Origin: Girardia tigrina
Taxonomy: Eukaryota
Direction of reading: 5' to 3'
Assembly: GCA_001938485.1 (NCBI GenBank)
Contig: MQRK01207495.1
Location: forward strand, 1-51,921
DNA length: 51,921 nt
Of the stretch, positions 50,150-51,921 are shown in pieces. Position 1 is the stretch's first letter; every line of letters starts with the position of its first letter. Under the pieces are notes generated by a model, which saw nothing but the letters and a program-made list of their open reading frames with translations, was not told where the DNA came from and did not search any database. Position numbers and translations under genes: made by a program.

Positions 50150-51496
50150 ATGGAAACAAGCTTCAAAAAACCAGTAAGTCAATTAACCTCGGGAGTAGTT
50201 CCCTTGGGAATTTTAGATCTCGATAACAATAAGGAATTTTCTCACGTTTTGAAAAAATCCGATGTAATAAAACTGGTGCCAACATCCGGATCAATGGCAT
50301 ATTTGAATAGCAATGGAACTATAGTTTTTCAATTATCACAAACCACTGATCCGATAGATATTTGTAATGCAAAACTGGTTTATGATATCACAATCACAGA
50401 ATGTGATACCGTTTTGGAGACTAATTTCTTCCCGAAATTATTTACGTGTATGTCATTAAAATTAGGTAACTATGTTGTTGAATCGATAAATAATCCTGGA
50501 GTTGTTTCGGATATGTTATTATATGTTTCGAAAGATAGAAACTATTTACCCTGTGGAGAAATAACCGATTTTATCCCTGATCACAATGAAATGGTATATG
50601 GAGAAAAAATAGATGCTGCCGCTGGTCCGCCAGCAGTAGCTGCAGTTCCAGCCGGTTTGCGANNNNNNNNNNNNNNNNNNNNNNNNNNNNNNNNNNNNNN
50701 NNNNNNNNNNNNNNNNNNNNNNNNTTTCTCGCTGAAACATCTCTTTGGATTTTTGCAAAATTATAACCGAGTTATTTATAATATTCTTCTGGAATTCTCA
50801 TTGGTTCGAAAAATGGATAATCCAAATATTTTTTTCGCGAAAAATGGGACCAAAGGAACTATTACAATAAATTCCCTGGAACTGCACATGAATCAACTGG
50901 AGTTGAATATTGATTATTATGCCCGATTGGTGGATCGGTTGAATCTGAAAGATAAACCGATTTATGTGGATTTTCTCCAGCGAATCTCAGTGGAATACGA
51001 TTTGACAGCCCAAAAGGTTTTCTCATGGAATGCGGCATATCTGAATTATTTACCACGATATATTTTCGTCGGAATGAAAACTGATAATTCGGGATATAAT
51101 AAAAATAATTCCCTGTTCAAAATGGATCCCAAAGAATTCTCGATTCAATTAAAATTAAATAATACCTATTACCCAATCCAGCCAATGGTGAATAATACAG
51201 AAAATCGGAATTTTTATGAATTATATAATAGTTATGTGCAATGCTGCCGCGGATTCCAAGACAAGGCCCCAATGCTATCGCTGGAAGACTGGAAATCTTT
51301 TTACCCAATTGTCTGTTTCGATACCTCGGATATCGATAAAACTTTGGATGTCAACAATGTCACCGTTACACTGCTGATTCGAAAATCTGAAACGTTTATT
51401 CAAAAAATGTATTGCGTAATTCTCCAGGAAGCCAAGGTGAAAATGTCAATTCGCGGATCGCAAATCACGATAATCGAACCATTCAAAGGAAAGTGA
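50150..51496 (+). CDS. Double-jelly-roll major capsid protein (hexon-like)
   Basis: 448 aa, beta-rich; LKHLFGF, PRYIFVGMK, IQLKLNNTYYP, ELYNSY and YPIVCFDTS motifs typical of Polinton capsid proteins; adjacent to integrase and ATPase. Confidence 0.85.
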   Translation: METSFKKPVSQLTSGVVPLGILDLDNNKEFSHVLKKSDVIKLVPTSGSMAYLNSNGTIVFQLSQTTDPIDICNAKLVYDITITECDTVLETNFFPKLFTCMSLKLGNYVVESINNPGVVSDMLLYVSKDRNYLPCGEITDFIPDHNEMVYGEKIDAAAGPPAVAAVPAGLRXXXXXXXXXXXXXXXXXXXXXFSLKHLFGFLQNYNRVIYNILLEFSLVRKMDNPNIFFAKNGTKGTITINSLELHMNQLELNIDYYARLVDRLNLKDKPIYVDFLQRISVEYDLTAQKVFSWNAAYLNYLPRYIFVGMKTDNSGYNKNNSLFKMDPKEFSIQLKLNNTYYPIQPMVNNTENRNFYELYNSYVQCCRGFQDKAPMLSLEDWKSFYPIVCFDTSDIDKTLDVNNVTVTLLIRKSETFIQKMYCVILQEAKVKMSIRGSQITIIEPFKGK

Positions 51497-51522
51497 AAAT
51501 AAAATAAAATAATTGTCAAAAA

Positions 51523-51921
51523 ATGACGGACTCGTTAAAAATACGAAAATTGATAGATACTCAAACTCCCGGTTTAATTCGAGTGAATGGAAAGGAAATG
51601 TATTTGAATCGGGAAATGTTGAAAAAGATTAAAAAATTGGAACAGAAAGGAGGAATGATCGGGGATAAATACCATTCTGGTGGTTTATTGCCACTGGCAG
51701 CTTTACTGCCATTAATTTTTGCCGGAGTCACGGCTGCGGGAGCTACAGCGGCATCGATATCAAAAACTGTTTCAAATGCTCGTGAAGCTCAGAAGAATCA
51801 GGCTGAAACCGAGAAAATAAGACAAGAAACTGCAAATATTACTCCCAAAGCAGCAACCACACCAACGGGATCAGGATTGAAAGGAAAAAAAGGAAAAAAA
51901 GGTGGAATAATACCATTATTG
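51523..51921 (+). CDS. Virion core/membrane-active-like protein, truncated by window end
   Basis: 133 open codons: ...QKGGMI..HSGGLLPLAALLPLIFAGVTAAGATAASISK...TGSGLKGKKGKKGGIIPLL. Confidence 0.75.
   Translation, partial: MTDSLKIRKLIDTQTPGLIRVNGKEMYLNREMLKKIKKLEQKGGMIGDKYHSGGLLPLAALLPLIFAGVTAAGATAASISKTVSNAREAQKNQAETEKIRQETANITPKAATTPTGSGLKGKKGKKGGIIPLL

Larger units (their letters stand above)
44750..51921 (+). mobile_element. Polinton/Maverick (adintovirus-like) endogenous viral element, left part; left boundary approximate
   Basis: Dense intronless ORFs: packaging ATPase, PLA2 domain, retroviral-like integrase, double-jelly-roll capsid protein and core-like protein. pPolB, protease and penton are not in the window. 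Confidence 0.92.

Overview
Very AT-rich, gap-containing eukaryotic (invertebrate-like) genomic DNA with no confidently recognisable intact host gene. The first ~44 kb is a graveyard of transposable elements: four mariner copies, several Tc1/IS630-type relics, hAT and hATm-like elements with TSDs, a MULE, RTE-clade LINE fragments and at least five Penelope-like (PLE) GIY-YIG fragments carrying four minimal hammerhead ribozymes, plus a histone H4 3' fragment. The last ~7 kb is the left part of a Polinton/Maverick (adintovirus-like) endogenous virus: orphan ORFs, packaging ATPase, a phospholipase A2 domain in frame with a DDE integrase, a double-jelly-roll major capsid protein and a core-like protein that runs off the window. 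Most notable: (i) two diverged tandem PLE copies are both interrupted at the same YIG codons of the GIY-YIG endonuclease by RTE-like LINE pieces with the same 3' end; (ii) the PLA2-integrase polyprotein has GG cleavage-like sites and one in-frame TAA; (iii) the orphan viral ORFs share an upstream motif. All family assignments come from motif recognition by eye, not from database searches.
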